This document shows positions 10,205-19,956 of a stretch of 64,000 nt of DNA, piece by piece. The stretch spans positions 1,823 to 65,822 of IMG/VR virus record IMGVR_UViG_2687453454_000003. The stretch is one strand, 5' to 3'. The stretch comes from a virus. Taxonomy: Duplodnaviria; Heunggongvirae; Uroviricota; Caudoviricetes. A model generated the notes under the pieces. It ran no database searches, was not told the DNA's origin, and worked only from the letters and a program-made list of their open reading frames with translations. The position numbers were made by a program, and so were the translations under genes. The first letter of the stretch is position 1; every line of letters starts with the position of its first letter.

Positions 10205-10418
10205 GTTTCGCCTCGCCTGAATGATTCTGTAACTCATATTTGCCCAACAATTCGTCCGCTTCCTGAATAGCTTCTGGTACGCCATTGAGCAGTGACATAA
10301 CCGCGCCAATCATTAACTTGTCTCTGTTGCTGGGGCTGGCCCCTTCAAGCCAGAACCCTAAAACAGTCTGAACCTGTTCGATGCGACATTGCGCTTCAAT
10401 GAGCTGGATGTTGGTCAT
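10197..10418 (-). CDS. hypothetical small protein (73 aa)
   Basis: ORF track; overlaps neighbours by a few nt. Confidence 0.35.
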   Translation of the reverse strand: MTNIQLIEAQCRIEQVQTVLGFWLEGASPSNRDKLMIGAVMSLLNGVPEAIQEADELLGKYELQNHSGEAKHE

Positions 10419-10678
10419 TTCGCACTCTCCACATCGATTAAACCGATATCTATCAGGGAGGTAACTTTTTGTAGCCAGCTATTGATTACTGTCGCCTGTT
10501 CCCCGCCCACCGAGGGAACAATCTCATTCATCACATGAACCAGACCTGTGCGCGCTCTGGTAAGCCGTTCAGTCGCGCAATCTGCGGGAGTGAATGTGTC
10601 TGGATATGGCTCTTCACGCCCCAGCAATGATTCAATTTCCAGCTCACACGGATGACGATAAATTAAGTTGATATTCAT
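10415..10678 (-). CDS. hypothetical small protein (87 aa)
   Basis: ORF track; ATGA-type overlaps at both ends. Confidence 0.35.
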   Translation of the reverse strand: MNINLIYRHPCELEIESLLGREEPYPDTFTPADCATERLTRARTGLVHVMNEIVPSVGGEQATVINSWLQKVTSLIDIGLIDVESAK

Positions 10679-10926
10679 TTTTCACCCCCAAGAATTACCA
10701 GCTCGGCACGGGCATCGTTAACCAAAGATGAGCACGCTTTAATCGCATCCACGACATCAGTAGCGTCCATTTCTTCAGCCGAAAGACTGACAGCAACCAG
10801 GACAGCCGCTGCTTGCTCGATTAATTGAAGTGCGGACGTAAGGCGAGGGGTATTAATTGAGTTATTCATTGGTTGCCCCCGTTTTTCCTGGCATTTCGCC
10901 ACCTTCCAGCAGGAAATGAACGTCAC
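10675..10926 (-). CDS. hypothetical small protein
   Basis: ORF track; true start may be the internal Met near 10867. Confidence 0.3.
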   Translation of the reverse strand: MTFISCWKVAKCQEKRGQPMNNSINTPRLTSALQLIEQAAAVLVAVSLSAEEMDATDVVDAIKACSSLVNDARAELVILGGEK

Positions 10927-11080
10927 GAACGGCGAGATCCAATATCGCGAGTAACGCCTTCAGTCTTTCGTCTCGTGAGGGAGAGTTGCTCACCAGAATG
11001 TCGTTAATCACTTCTGTCAGTGTGATGATCTGGCTTGTGCGTTCGAGGGGATCCATATGCACATCGTAGGTTTTAATCAT
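10862..11080 (-). CDS. hypothetical small protein (72 aa; C-terminal part of the 355-aa track ORF)
   Basis: ATG at 11078-11080 preceded by GGAGGTGG SD (RC of 11084-11091); the region upstream of it within the track ORF looks low-complexity. Confidence 0.35.
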   Translation of the reverse strand: MIKTYDVHMDPLERTSQIITLTEVINDILVSNSPSRDERLKALLAILDLAVRDVHFLLEGGEMPGKTGATNE

Positions 11081-11922
11081 GTGCCACCTCCATGCGGATA
11101 CGACCAGCAAAAAAGCAGATGTGATCGCGCACCAGAGAACGGCGAGCATCGCGTTCAGACTCGGCAGCAATATGATGAATTTTGGCGGTAATTGTCGGGC
11201 AATCGCGGCGAACTGCGGCGATAATCCAGATAAATTGCGGTTTTTGGGTAGGGGTAGTAGCCAGCATGTGGCAGCCTCCTTGTACTGGGAGTTCTTCCCA
11301 CCACCGGAGCTGCGAAACTCGCTGGTGGTGGACTGAACAGAGTTCGCAGTACCGGCGTACAAGGAAACCGGCCAGCCTTTCGGCTGCCCTGTCCAGCCCA
11401 CCATAATTTTGCAAGCGACGCGGATTATAACCGCATCACTGAAAAAAGTGTGAGTCTGGCTAACGGCACAAAAAAAGACGCTCGGCGCGTCATGTGTCGC
11501 CTCGTACATTTCCGGGCTGCGAAACCCGGCACCCGTTTTATGAGGTGCCTTATAACCATAAACCGTGTTGCCGCATAACGGCAAGCTCTTTTTTATGGAC
11601 TCCGAAAACTCACTATTGGAAGCACCAGATGCACAATACATCGCGCTCATTTCGTTAACGTCGCGCGTGTGGACGAAGGTTTTTGTGGAGTCACTACGCG
11701 AGCAGAGAAAGCCATCTACGACCAGAAATTCTCTGGCGCAGCCGCCGACCTTCTCAACGCTAACACCATCGACCGTAATTTCTGACATAGTTAAGGCATC
11801 CGCTCCCACCACCAGAAAATGATAAACTTTGCTTGTATCTGCTGTATTAATGCCAGACTTTGCTGTCATATTGCTGGATTTTGGCGACATACCAGCCAGT
11901 GAAAATATCTTCTTCTGGACGG

Positions 11923-12192
11923 TTAGCATTTGTTAACCTCCGCGAACTCCTTCATGAAGCGCGCCAGCGGTTGTACGCATGGCGATTGATACCCGTCGCG
12001 ATAAAACGTCACTCGGTTGTGAGACACGCTTTCGACAGTAACGAGTGCTCCGTGGGCATCCTTGTAGCGTTTTTGAGGTTGTGGTGTTCCTGTCGGCTTA
12101 AACATGGACCACCTCCAGACGCTTAGCGAGCCAGCGTTGCGACAGGCGGGTGAGTTCTCCTTTGCGCTGCTCATATTCCATGCCCATATCAA
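11923..12192 (-). CDS. hypothetical small protein (start uncertain)
   Basis: ORF track; overlaps the antirepressor-like gene, so the real start is probably an internal Met. Confidence 0.3.
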   Translation of the reverse strand: MIWAWNMSSAKENSPACRNAGSLSVWRWSMFKPTGTPQPQKRYKDAHGALVTVESVSHNRVTFYRDGYQSPCVQPLARFMKEFAEVNKC

Positions 12193-12931
12193 TTAACGTG
12201 ATATTGGTGCTTTCGAGATATGAGAGGTGCTCAAGTTGTTCTGCGTTCATATGGTCGCGAGGTTCGCCAGAATAGCCATTTATCCGCGCCCACTGCTTAG
12301 CAGTTAGCCCACCAAGAACGATACGAGAAATCATATTGCTCTCGTTTGTGTAGTGGTGTTGCTGCGTCGTTTTCCCCTGCTCGGCACGGGCCATATTCAG
12401 CGCATCGCACATTGGCTTAAAGTTGTTTGCGGCACTGATACGGGCTTTTAGCTGGCGACGATAGCGGGCGGCGATTTCAGGAACGCTACGCTGTAATTCT
12501 TCCTCGCACTGGATGAAATAACGGCGGATAGCGCGACCCTGATCATTGCGTTCGATCATTGCCAGTTCTTTCGCCATTCCGACACTTAACAGATAGTCTT
12601 TGCCGGGTCTGCCAGACTGCTTAATCTTTCTGTAAGCCGCGCCATTCGGGCTTTTCCCCAAATTTGGGGAAATAGTTTTATGGACTGAGTAATCGTGCCC
12701 AATGGTGAAGTCATATTCAGAGATGCGATCAGTGATCCATGTAGAGAAGTCTTTTCCCACGCCCAACGCTTTGTGTAACGCTTTTGCGCTAACAATATTG
12801 GTTTCACGCCCACCGATATGACCAGGAATAACCGGGACAATTGCGGCAAATTCATTACCGTTAATTGTGCTCAGAGAGGCGTTCAGATGAGGGGCGGCCT
12901 CAGAAATTAATCTGCTTTTTTCGATGTTCAT
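12098..12931 (-). CDS. phage antirepressor-like protein (Ant/KilAC-type C-terminal region)
   Basis: Segment YLLSVGMAKELAMIERNDQGRAIRRYFIQCEEEL recalls the AntA/KilAC antirepressor family; position downstream of AlpA. Confidence 0.45.
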   Translation of the reverse strand: MNIEKSRLISEAAPHLNASLSTINGNEFAAIVPVIPGHIGGRETNIVSAKALHKALGVGKDFSTWITDRISEYDFTIGHDYSVHKTISPNLGKSPNGAAYRKIKQSGRPGKDYLLSVGMAKELAMIERNDQGRAIRRYFIQCEEELQRSVPEIAARYRRQLKARISAANNFKPMCDALNMARAEQGKTTQQHHYTNESNMISRIVLGGLTAKQWARINGYSGEPRDHMNAEQLEHLSYLESTNITLIDMGMEYEQRKGELTRLSQRWLAKRLEVVHV

Positions 12932-12943
12932 TTTCAGTCTCCG

Positions 12944-13375
12944 TTAAGCGGCGTTAAACGCGTCCGGGTAGAGTTTCAGAATGTCGGCAATTTCCTGCTG
13001 AGAAAGTCCGTTGTGATCATTTATGTTCGCAAGATGGTTAATATGAGTGATCACTTTCAGAACATCACCACGGCAGGAGAAACGGTAGCGAAGGTGTGTT
13101 CCGATACCATCAGGATTCTTTTCGTCGATACGCTCCAGAGTGATTCCAAGCTGGCGTTCTAACTCTGTTGCATAGTTACGACCAGAAGACAGACGGCAGT
13201 AGCGAAGAATGTCATTTTCTGTCCATCCCTCTATACCAGTACGCAGCATATAGACTCTGGCACGATGCTTTTTCGGTGTGCGCTTTGGTGCTTGAAGGGA
13301 TTTTGTAAGGGGCGTAACATCAGATACGCGAATATCTGAATTAGCCGCCTGTAATGGGCGGTTTTTCTTATTCAT
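12944..13375 (-). CDS. hypothetical protein (143 aa)
   Basis: ORF track; start overlaps the AlpA stop (13375). Confidence 0.4.
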   Translation of the reverse strand: MNKKNRPLQAANSDIRVSDVTPLTKSLQAPKRTPKKHRARVYMLRTGIEGWTENDILRYCRLSSGRNYATELERQLGITLERIDEKNPDGIGTHLRYRFSCRGDVLKVITHINHLANINDHNGLSQQEIADILKLYPDAFNAA

Positions 13376-13572
13376 TACGCTACCTCGCCACGCGACTCAG
13401 CGATGCGCTGATTAATCCATTCTTCAATTTCACTTTCAATAAACGCAATTGATCGGCTTCCAATCTTTACAGATTGAGGGAATCGCTGTTCTTTGATGAG
13501 CCGATAAATCCACGCTTTGCTGTAACCAGTACGGCGTTGAACCTCAGAAAGACGAATAAATGATTGAGACAT
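13375..13572 (-). CDS. alpA: AlpA-family transcriptional regulator / excisionase-like HTH protein
   Basis: 65 aa; HTH IRLSEVQRRTGYSKAWIYRLIKEQRFPQ typical of the AlpA (prophage CP4-57 regulator) family; located near the integrase. Confidence 0.7.
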   Translation of the reverse strand: MSQSFIRLSEVQRRTGYSKAWIYRLIKEQRFPQSVKIGSRSIAFIESEIEEWINQRIAESRGEVA

Positions 13573-13769
13573 GTTTACTCCTATATTCTGTCATCTTCTT
13601 TAATGGACATCAGTAGACAGAAAGGAGATTAAACAAACCGGTGAATGGGTGATAGCGGATAAAAATAAAATATTTTTTTGAGAAGATTATCCGCTTTGAA
13701 ATACACAGTAGCGTATTCAAAGCGGAAATCGCGAAATTTACTTAAAACGTTTATGTAGGATTTTGCTTG

Positions 13770-14651
13770 CTATAAATCTCTACTCATTAAATCAGATATT
13801 TTTATCAAGCTCATTTCTCTGTCTTTGTTTACATAAAGCTGAAGCAAGCGGGTGTATCTCTCGCTTATAGATTCAAGTGCAAAAGGCTTTATTGATTCCT
13901 TAATAGCCTGCGTATCTTTCGGATCATCACTAAAAACCAAGGCAGAAATCATCGGATTGCTCACTTCCTTACCTGACTTCTCACCCCAAATCAGCAGATC
14001 AACAATAGGTATCACTCTATTAGATATCAACTTCTGAAGGGTCTTTAATCCAATCCTTTTCTGAGCGACATGCTCTCTCTCTGGTACTTTTAACTCTTTT
14101 CGCCATAGAGGTAGAAGGTGAGTCAGGCTGGTAATAATTTCGTCATCAGTGGCGTCATCTAAATCTATAGAAACGAGTATGATGTTAGGGGAACAATTAC
14201 TTAGGTTTCCAGTAACACTCGCAAGCATAGCGTTTGCCTTGAGGTAGCAATCCTCTTCGTCTCTTTTAAAAAAGCCTTGATCTATCGATGAGAAAGAGTA
14301 CATGGCCAGCTCTGAAAATGTTACTGGACTAACCCCCATAGCTGAAGATAATGAGGGAAGATCATCGTACTCATTTCTTAATGATGGGGCTTCATCATTT
14401 ACTTTGCGAATAAATTCTTCGACCTCTTCCTCTTCTTCATTGAGAATGGTTAGGTTAGGATCGCCCGAAAAAATCCTTTCATATTTTATATCGTACTCTT
14501 CTTTGAATATAGCAGTGTCATCTTTTGCATGACGCAATAAAAAATCGCGCCACTCTAATTCTTGAATCAAGTCCGGCAAGGTTAAATCATTTAAAAATTC
14601 ATAATTACTAATATCAAACCATGCTAAATCTTGTTTTTTGGCTCTCACCAT
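13770..14651 (-). CDS. hypothetical protein (293 aa), AT-rich int-proximal cargo gene
   Basis: ORF track; clearly lower GC than flanking int and alpA; acidic stretch EEEEEVEEF; occupies the int-to-alpA slot. Confidence 0.45.
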   Translation of the reverse strand: MVRAKKQDLAWFDISNYEFLNDLTLPDLIQELEWRDFLLRHAKDDTAIFKEEYDIKYERIFSGDPNLTILNEEEEEVEEFIRKVNDEAPSLRNEYDDLPSLSSAMGVSPVTFSELAMYSFSSIDQGFFKRDEEDCYLKANAMLASVTGNLSNCSPNIILVSIDLDDATDDEIITSLTHLLPLWRKELKVPEREHVAQKRIGLKTLQKLISNRVIPIVDLLIWGEKSGKEVSNPMISALVFSDDPKDTQAIKESIKPFALESISERYTRLLQLYVNKDREMSLIKISDLMSRDL

Positions 14652-14793
14652 ACGCCACCCCGCGCCCCTAATTCTGACGGCTATGCCAGCCCGTAGGGGT
14701 GTACGGGTTTTCGGGGATCAGCCTAGACATAGCCTATTCTTTGTTCGTCTACATAAGTCTACTACCATTGCTTAACACGGTCTATTCATACAG

Positions 14794-16008
14794 TTAAGCT
14801 CGTTTCCCAAACGAACCATGAACAACGTTCTCCTCCTTCTCCAGCGCATCCATATAGTCGGCATACCATTGAAGCATCTCCCGCCTTCCATCCAGATATT
14901 GCGCATGGTTGTATGTGCCACGAATTGAGTTCTTATCAACGTGAGCGAGCTGCGTTTCTATCCACGCGGTGTTATAGCCCTGCTCATGCAAAATCGTGCT
15001 CATAGTGTGCCGGAACCCATGACCAGTTACACGTCCAGCGTAGCCAATGCGCTTAAACACTTGGTTTATGCTGGCCTCACTCATTGTTTTCCTTGGATCA
15101 TTGCGCCCGGGAAACATAAGAGGGTAATTGCCTGTTATTTCTCTAATCTTCCCAATAAGCGAAAGAGCCTGATCAGACAATGGCACAATATGAGGCCGCC
15201 GCATTTTCATACGTGAAGCGGGTATCTCCCAGATAGCCTTGTTGAAATCAATTTCATCCCATAATGCGCCACGTAGTTCGCCAGTCCGCAAGCCGGTGAT
15301 AATCAGTAGACGAGCCGCCATAACAACCAATGCGCTTCCTGAGTAACTGGACAATGCCTTGAAAAAATCAGGTAATTCTTTAGCTGTAAGGAAAGGGTAA
15401 TGATTAGATTCATGGCCTTGCATCGCGCTAGTAAGGTCTGGTGCAGGGTTATACTCTGCGCGACCAGTGACTATTGCATAGCGGAAAACTTCCCCGCACC
15501 GCTGCCTCACTTTTTTGGCTTTTTCTGTAGCACCGCGCCCCTCGATGCGCCGCAGCACATTCAGAAGTTCAAGTGGTTTGATTTCGGCGATTGGTTTTTT
15601 GCCAATGTAAGGGAACACATCTTTGTTGAAGGCTTCGAGGATGTCTGAAGCATAACCAGCAGACCATTTTTTTAATTTGCTGCTGTGCCACTCAAGGGCA
15701 ATATCTTTGAAGGTGTTGTTTAACTGCGTTTCCCGGGCAATCTTTTCCTCTCGTTTCGCTTCCATCGGATCGATACCACCAGCGATACCTCTTTTCGCAT
15801 CTTCACGTTTTGCCCGAGCATCGGCTAGAGTAACCTCAGGATACACACCTAGTGCCAATAGCTTCTCTTTACCAGCTACACGATATTTAAGTCGCCAGTA
15901 TTTACCTCCATTAGGTTTTACCAAGAGATACAAACCGCCACCATCGGCCAGCTTGTAAGCCTTCTCTTTTGGCTTGGCTGTGTCTATTTGACGGGCATTG
16001 AGTTTCAC
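14794..16008 (-). CDS. int: tyrosine integrase, P4-type
   Basis: 404 aa; N-terminal arm-binding-like region (GGGLYLLVKPNGGKYWRLKYR), C-terminal catalytic region HGFRHT...YNHAQYL; start 166 bp from att repeat. Confidence 0.9.
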   Translation of the reverse strand: MKLNARQIDTAKPKEKAYKLADGGGLYLLVKPNGGKYWRLKYRVAGKEKLLALGVYPEVTLADARAKREDAKRGIAGGIDPMEAKREEKIARETQLNNTFKDIALEWHSSKLKKWSAGYASDILEAFNKDVFPYIGKKPIAEIKPLELLNVLRRIEGRGATEKAKKVRQRCGEVFRYAIVTGRAEYNPAPDLTSAMQGHESNHYPFLTAKELPDFFKALSSYSGSALVVMAARLLIITGLRTGELRGALWDEIDFNKAIWEIPASRMKMRRPHIVPLSDQALSLIGKIREITGNYPLMFPGRNDPRKTMSEASINQVFKRIGYAGRVTGHGFRHTMSTILHEQGYNTAWIETQLAHVDKNSIRGTYNHAQYLDGRREMLQWYADYMDALEKEENVVHGSFGKRA

Positions 16009-16173
16009 TTGGGGGTACCTCCACTAAACCGAACAGCAAATACCCCCATAAGTACCCCCATCTGACCGTAGATTTTGAGGGACTTTAGTAGACGTCAAAA
16101 GACGAACGGGGCTTTAATACACGGATTATAAGGGGTTTTGAAAGACTTTAGTAGACTTGGGGAGATGTTTGAA

Positions 16174-16219
16174 TGGTGCCGATAATAGGAGTCGAACCTA
16201 CGACCTTCGCATTACGAAT
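16174..16219. repeat. att site: 46-bp perfect direct repeat of the tRNA-Thr 3' end (attR of prophage A; tRNA-proximal att of element B)
   Basis: tggtgccgataataggagtcgaacctacgaccttcgcattacgaat is identical at 16174-16219 and 62557-62602; identity ends where the intact tRNA continues. Confidence 0.9.
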
Positions 16220-16642
16220 TATAAGAATCCGCTTCTAATTCAAAGCATTACCCCATCAACACTGCGCTCACACGCCCCACCACATCAAAACATGTAAAGC
16301 CTTGCAAGCCATTGTGAGGCCTTATGTGTCTCAGTTTTGTCCCACCTTGTATTATGACTTGCATAGCCACTGAAGATAAACGTGACGACAAACAGCGCAG
16401 CAGTCTTCTTTTCTTTCACACTTTCCCCAATCAGCATACATACCTTCTACCATAACTGTAGTGAATGTCTGTTATGAGCGAGGGGCGGAAGTTCGGAATG
16501 CATACTTACTTCGATGTGTGTTAAGCAATGGGGGCAGGTCGGCAATTTATTGTAAAAGCGATAACACTAACAGCATTAGTGAAGAGGCTAAAGATTTGTT
16601 TAGAACCCGCCCCCTTAAGAGGCGGTATTCTTGGCAAACATT

Positions 16643-19600
16643 TTATTTACTGTTTATCAATTGCAATAATGGGATCTCAGCTACATCACTAGGAATATAG
16701 GGGTCATCTTCTTTTAAATTAACCCCAATACAATCAACATCATTTAACCCAATTTCCCAAGCCCACCTAACATCTAACGTACTCATTTCTATCCCTAAAC
16801 TATCTCTTTGTGGATGCTCAGGAACAATATTTTTTAACATCGCATCACATCCAAGATAGAATTTTCCACAGGCCTGATACGCAGCAAGAAATCTTTCTAA
16901 ATTGACGTTACTATCAGGAGTCATCGTATTAATTCTACTGATCATTGTCATTCTTTTAGTTAATGGCGTTGTCATCATATTTTCAGATATCAGCACTCTA
17001 TAATGATTTGGGTTTTTAACTGAAATACCCTTGACAATACAAACCCGTAATCTGGCTTTACTATCTACCAAGCCTACTGATGATATAAGATCTTTAAAAA
17101 TATCCTCACCTATATTGGGGTGTTTAAATAATAGATATAACCCTGGATAACACGATTTTAATTGAGCGAAGCCTACTCCTTGCCAGCGTGTTCTATCCCA
17201 TAGACGAGGCTTGATTAGACTTTGTATTGAATAATCTTTATGCGTTATATTTTCGGAATTAAGTTCCTCTTCAGGCATTATTCCTTTACCAGGTGTTGGA
17301 ACATTTACATCCTCGATCTCCAACACTTTCGGAAATTCACTATCCCAGGGTTTATCTCTTAAAAGAGGGTAAGTTTTCTTTTCAGCACTGGTGGAATAAA
17401 TTTTCTTAATTTGTTGATCAATATCATTTCCAAGAACATTTTCAATAGCTTTGATACAGGCACCGAAACTAATTGCTCTGTCAAATGCAGCATCTTCGAA
17501 TATCATTCTTTCAATGTATTCTGTATTTTTTGTAAAAAATAACTCAGGGAGAAGATCAAATACTATTTTCTTGAATTCATTAGTAATTTTTTGTTGAGCA
17601 TCGACTCTAAATGAACTTGTTTCAAAACCATTGCAATTTATAGTAAGGTTTAGTTTTCCATTATTGCTATTTATTTCATGTGATAAGGAGAAGTCATCTT
17701 CATCATCTGCTATTACTTCAATAATTAAAAATGCTTCTTTCAGATGGATGTTATCAATCGTACAAGTTGCAAAAGCACTCTCTAAAAGCGCTAAGATACT
17801 AGTTGAAAACTCTATAAATGGTGACCGATTCGGAAAGTTAATTTCTATAGTGCATCCAAAAATAAAAGATGTATATATTCCTCGTTTATCATAGTTATCT
17901 TTTATTCCTTTACTATTGAATCCAGCATCAAAGTCACGTATTTCTTGCAAGAAATCATTATGATCTTTATCGGCAGTAACTTCATACTCATGTTCAAAAT
18001 TTTCAATATAACCTAAAGCATATTTAAGACATCCAGATGATACAAAAAGACCTAATCTATCGAGTTCATCGGGAATATTACTCTGTCGATTTATTCCATT
18101 TAGGTCAGTGTTCAAAATGAGTTGACTTATGTAAAAATCAACTTGCTGATTTTCTTTATCGCCGAACGAACTTTCACTGATATTTTGGTTAATTATTAAA
18201 AACAGTTCATACCATAAAAGAGCATGTGCTAATTTCCCTAGTTTTATTTCTGCCAGGCATAAACTATAATAAATCTCAGCCTGCTTTAATGATATCTCAT
18301 CATACTTCCAGTAGTTATCTGTAATCAAAGAAGCGGATAGAAGCAAGCATGAACGTGAACTCCATAGCAACCCAATGGATTCGTAAGCATAAGCAATAGC
18401 TTTTAATGCTAATATAAATTTATCTCGTGATTCCTCTTTATAGAGTGGTATAAATGATTTTCCTAAATACTTGATTGCCTGATAAGGGTGACCATTTTGA
18501 ATCCTCTTTATACCTCTTCGTAGATTTAATAATGCCCCTTTAACTTCACCACCTCTAACAGCAGATTGCTCAGTCATATAGTCTAATAAATTTTCATATG
18601 CATCTACCTCGAAAAAAATGTCATCCAGTTCGTTCAAAAGTTGGAAGTTCTTCTCAAAGGAATAGCCTATTAAATTCCCACTATTTTTAAAAATTTCATG
18701 TAACTCTTCAAATACAACCGAAGCATCTTCTACATCTGAAAACGTTGTCAATTTATAAATAGCTTTGTGAGTTCTCGCTGTGAGTGCATTACTGGGACGT
18801 GATTCATCGTCAGCTATCTCATCTAGTTTAGCAAGCATGTTACGTTCAATATTCTCAATATCGATTGTAGATGTTGCGTTGTTAAGTCTAATATAACTTT
18901 TATGAACGGTTACTAAATTTAAAACTTTCTCCCATTTTGAGGAATTAGTTGATGATGCAATACTTTCATATGCAAATTGAAGATTTTCTTCAAAGAGATT
19001 AAAATCTTCCATCCAAAAATGAGACTTCCAGGCATATTGATAATACGCATCTAGCAATTGTTGATTAGTCCCGAATTTCTTTGATATTTTTATAGCTCTT
19101 TCAAATAGACCTTGTGTTTCAATTAGTGGTTTCTCAAGTTCAGCGCTTAACTCTGCAATTTCTAAAAAAATATCCACCTGTTCATATGAAATTTCAGCAG
19201 GGTTTATTTTCTCTCTAATATACTCGGTTAACTCTTCATATTTTTTATGCTTTTTATAATCATTTTCTCCAAAAATAACTTCTCTTTTATATTGCGTTGG
19301 AACTGACAATGAATCAATGGCCAATTGCTCAAAATTATTTTTGTAAATTTGATCTAATAGCCAATTAATATCTAATATACGAACATCTATTCCAGTTTTT
19401 GTTTTTAGTGTATCCTCAACCTCTGAACGAATATTGGACTTTGCAGACTGGTTCGTTACGCAAAATACTTTAGCATACCCACGTTCTGTTTCTTTTATCT
19501 TAAGTACATCTTCATGGCATTTTTTCTTCCAGTCTTTACGTGTACTTACCGCAAAGGCCCAGCGTTCTCTATTTGATGCTTCATTAACGCCTTCGAACCA

Positions 19601-19894
19601 AAGAAGCTTATTCTGTTCTGAAACAGGGAATGTTTGTGTGTCAGTTTTACCATCCCCCCCTGCTACAGGGCCAGTTTGTTCAAGGAGATTAGGGCAAATT
19701 ATTTTTTCACATATTTTTTTTGCAAAATCTTCGAATTGTAGTTCTTGATTTCTTGTATTTAGCGTAGAGAGGAAGTGTTCCAGTACAACTCTGTCTAAAG
19801 TACCAGTCTCTCTGATTGTTGAATCAGAAAATTTTTCAGGGCGACGGCGCCTTAGAAATTCTTTAGATGAAAATTTGGTTTTCTGTACATTCAT
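16643..19894 (-). CDS. large hypothetical protein (1083 aa), AT-rich cargo; N-terminal domain of unknown type, central TPR-like helical repeats, C-terminal domain
   Basis: ORF track; ATG at 19894 preceded by AGAGGAG SD; much lower GC than the tail genes; no P-loop, HKD or HEPN motif found by eye; helical-repeat-like segments (AYYQYAWKSHFW, ALKAIAYAYESIGLLW, EIYYSLCLAEIKLGKLAHALLWY). Confidence 0.6.
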   Translation of the reverse strand: MNVQKTKFSSKEFLRRRRPEKFSDSTIRETGTLDRVVLEHFLSTLNTRNQELQFEDFAKKICEKIICPNLLEQTGPVAGGDGKTDTQTFPVSEQNKLLWFEGVNEASNRERWAFAVSTRKDWKKKCHEDVLKIKETERGYAKVFCVTNQSAKSNIRSEVEDTLKTKTGIDVRILDINWLLDQIYKNNFEQLAIDSLSVPTQYKREVIFGENDYKKHKKYEELTEYIREKINPAEISYEQVDIFLEIAELSAELEKPLIETQGLFERAIKISKKFGTNQQLLDAYYQYAWKSHFWMEDFNLFEENLQFAYESIASSTNSSKWEKVLNLVTVHKSYIRLNNATSTIDIENIERNMLAKLDEIADDESRPSNALTARTHKAIYKLTTFSDVEDASVVFEELHEIFKNSGNLIGYSFEKNFQLLNELDDIFFEVDAYENLLDYMTEQSAVRGGEVKGALLNLRRGIKRIQNGHPYQAIKYLGKSFIPLYKEESRDKFILALKAIAYAYESIGLLWSSRSCLLLSASLITDNYWKYDEISLKQAEIYYSLCLAEIKLGKLAHALLWYELFLIINQNISESSFGDKENQQVDFYISQLILNTDLNGINRQSNIPDELDRLGLFVSSGCLKYALGYIENFEHEYEVTADKDHNDFLQEIRDFDAGFNSKGIKDNYDKRGIYTSFIFGCTIEINFPNRSPFIEFSTSILALLESAFATCTIDNIHLKEAFLIIEVIADDEDDFSLSHEINSNNGKLNLTINCNGFETSSFRVDAQQKITNEFKKIVFDLLPELFFTKNTEYIERMIFEDAAFDRAISFGACIKAIENVLGNDIDQQIKKIYSTSAEKKTYPLLRDKPWDSEFPKVLEIEDVNVPTPGKGIMPEEELNSENITHKDYSIQSLIKPRLWDRTRWQGVGFAQLKSCYPGLYLLFKHPNIGEDIFKDLISSVGLVDSKARLRVCIVKGISVKNPNHYRVLISENMMTTPLTKRMTMISRINTMTPDSNVNLERFLAAYQACGKFYLGCDAMLKNIVPEHPQRDSLGIEMSTLDVRWAWEIGLNDVDCIGVNLKEDDPYIPSDVAEIPLLQLINSK

Positions 19895-19956
19895 GATTTT
19901 GACGCTCCTCTTGCTATCGACAATAAACCTTTGTATGCATCAACTAGATTTATTGT

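Larger units (their letters stand above)
1..16219. mobile_element. P4/CP4-57-like integrative element (satellite-like), partial; right end at the 46-bp att repeat, left end not identified in window
   Basis: P4-type integrase (14794-16008) reading away from att repeat 16174-16219, AlpA-like gene, P4 alpha-like primase-helicase, iteron cluster; all genes co-directional on minus strand. Confidence 0.55.

Noticed and set aside
10862-11929. Single 355-aa protein spanning 10862-11929
   Set aside because: Likely a small 72-aa gene (10862-11080, good SD) fused in-frame by chance to an upstream stop-free stretch; N-terminal part has no convincing start context
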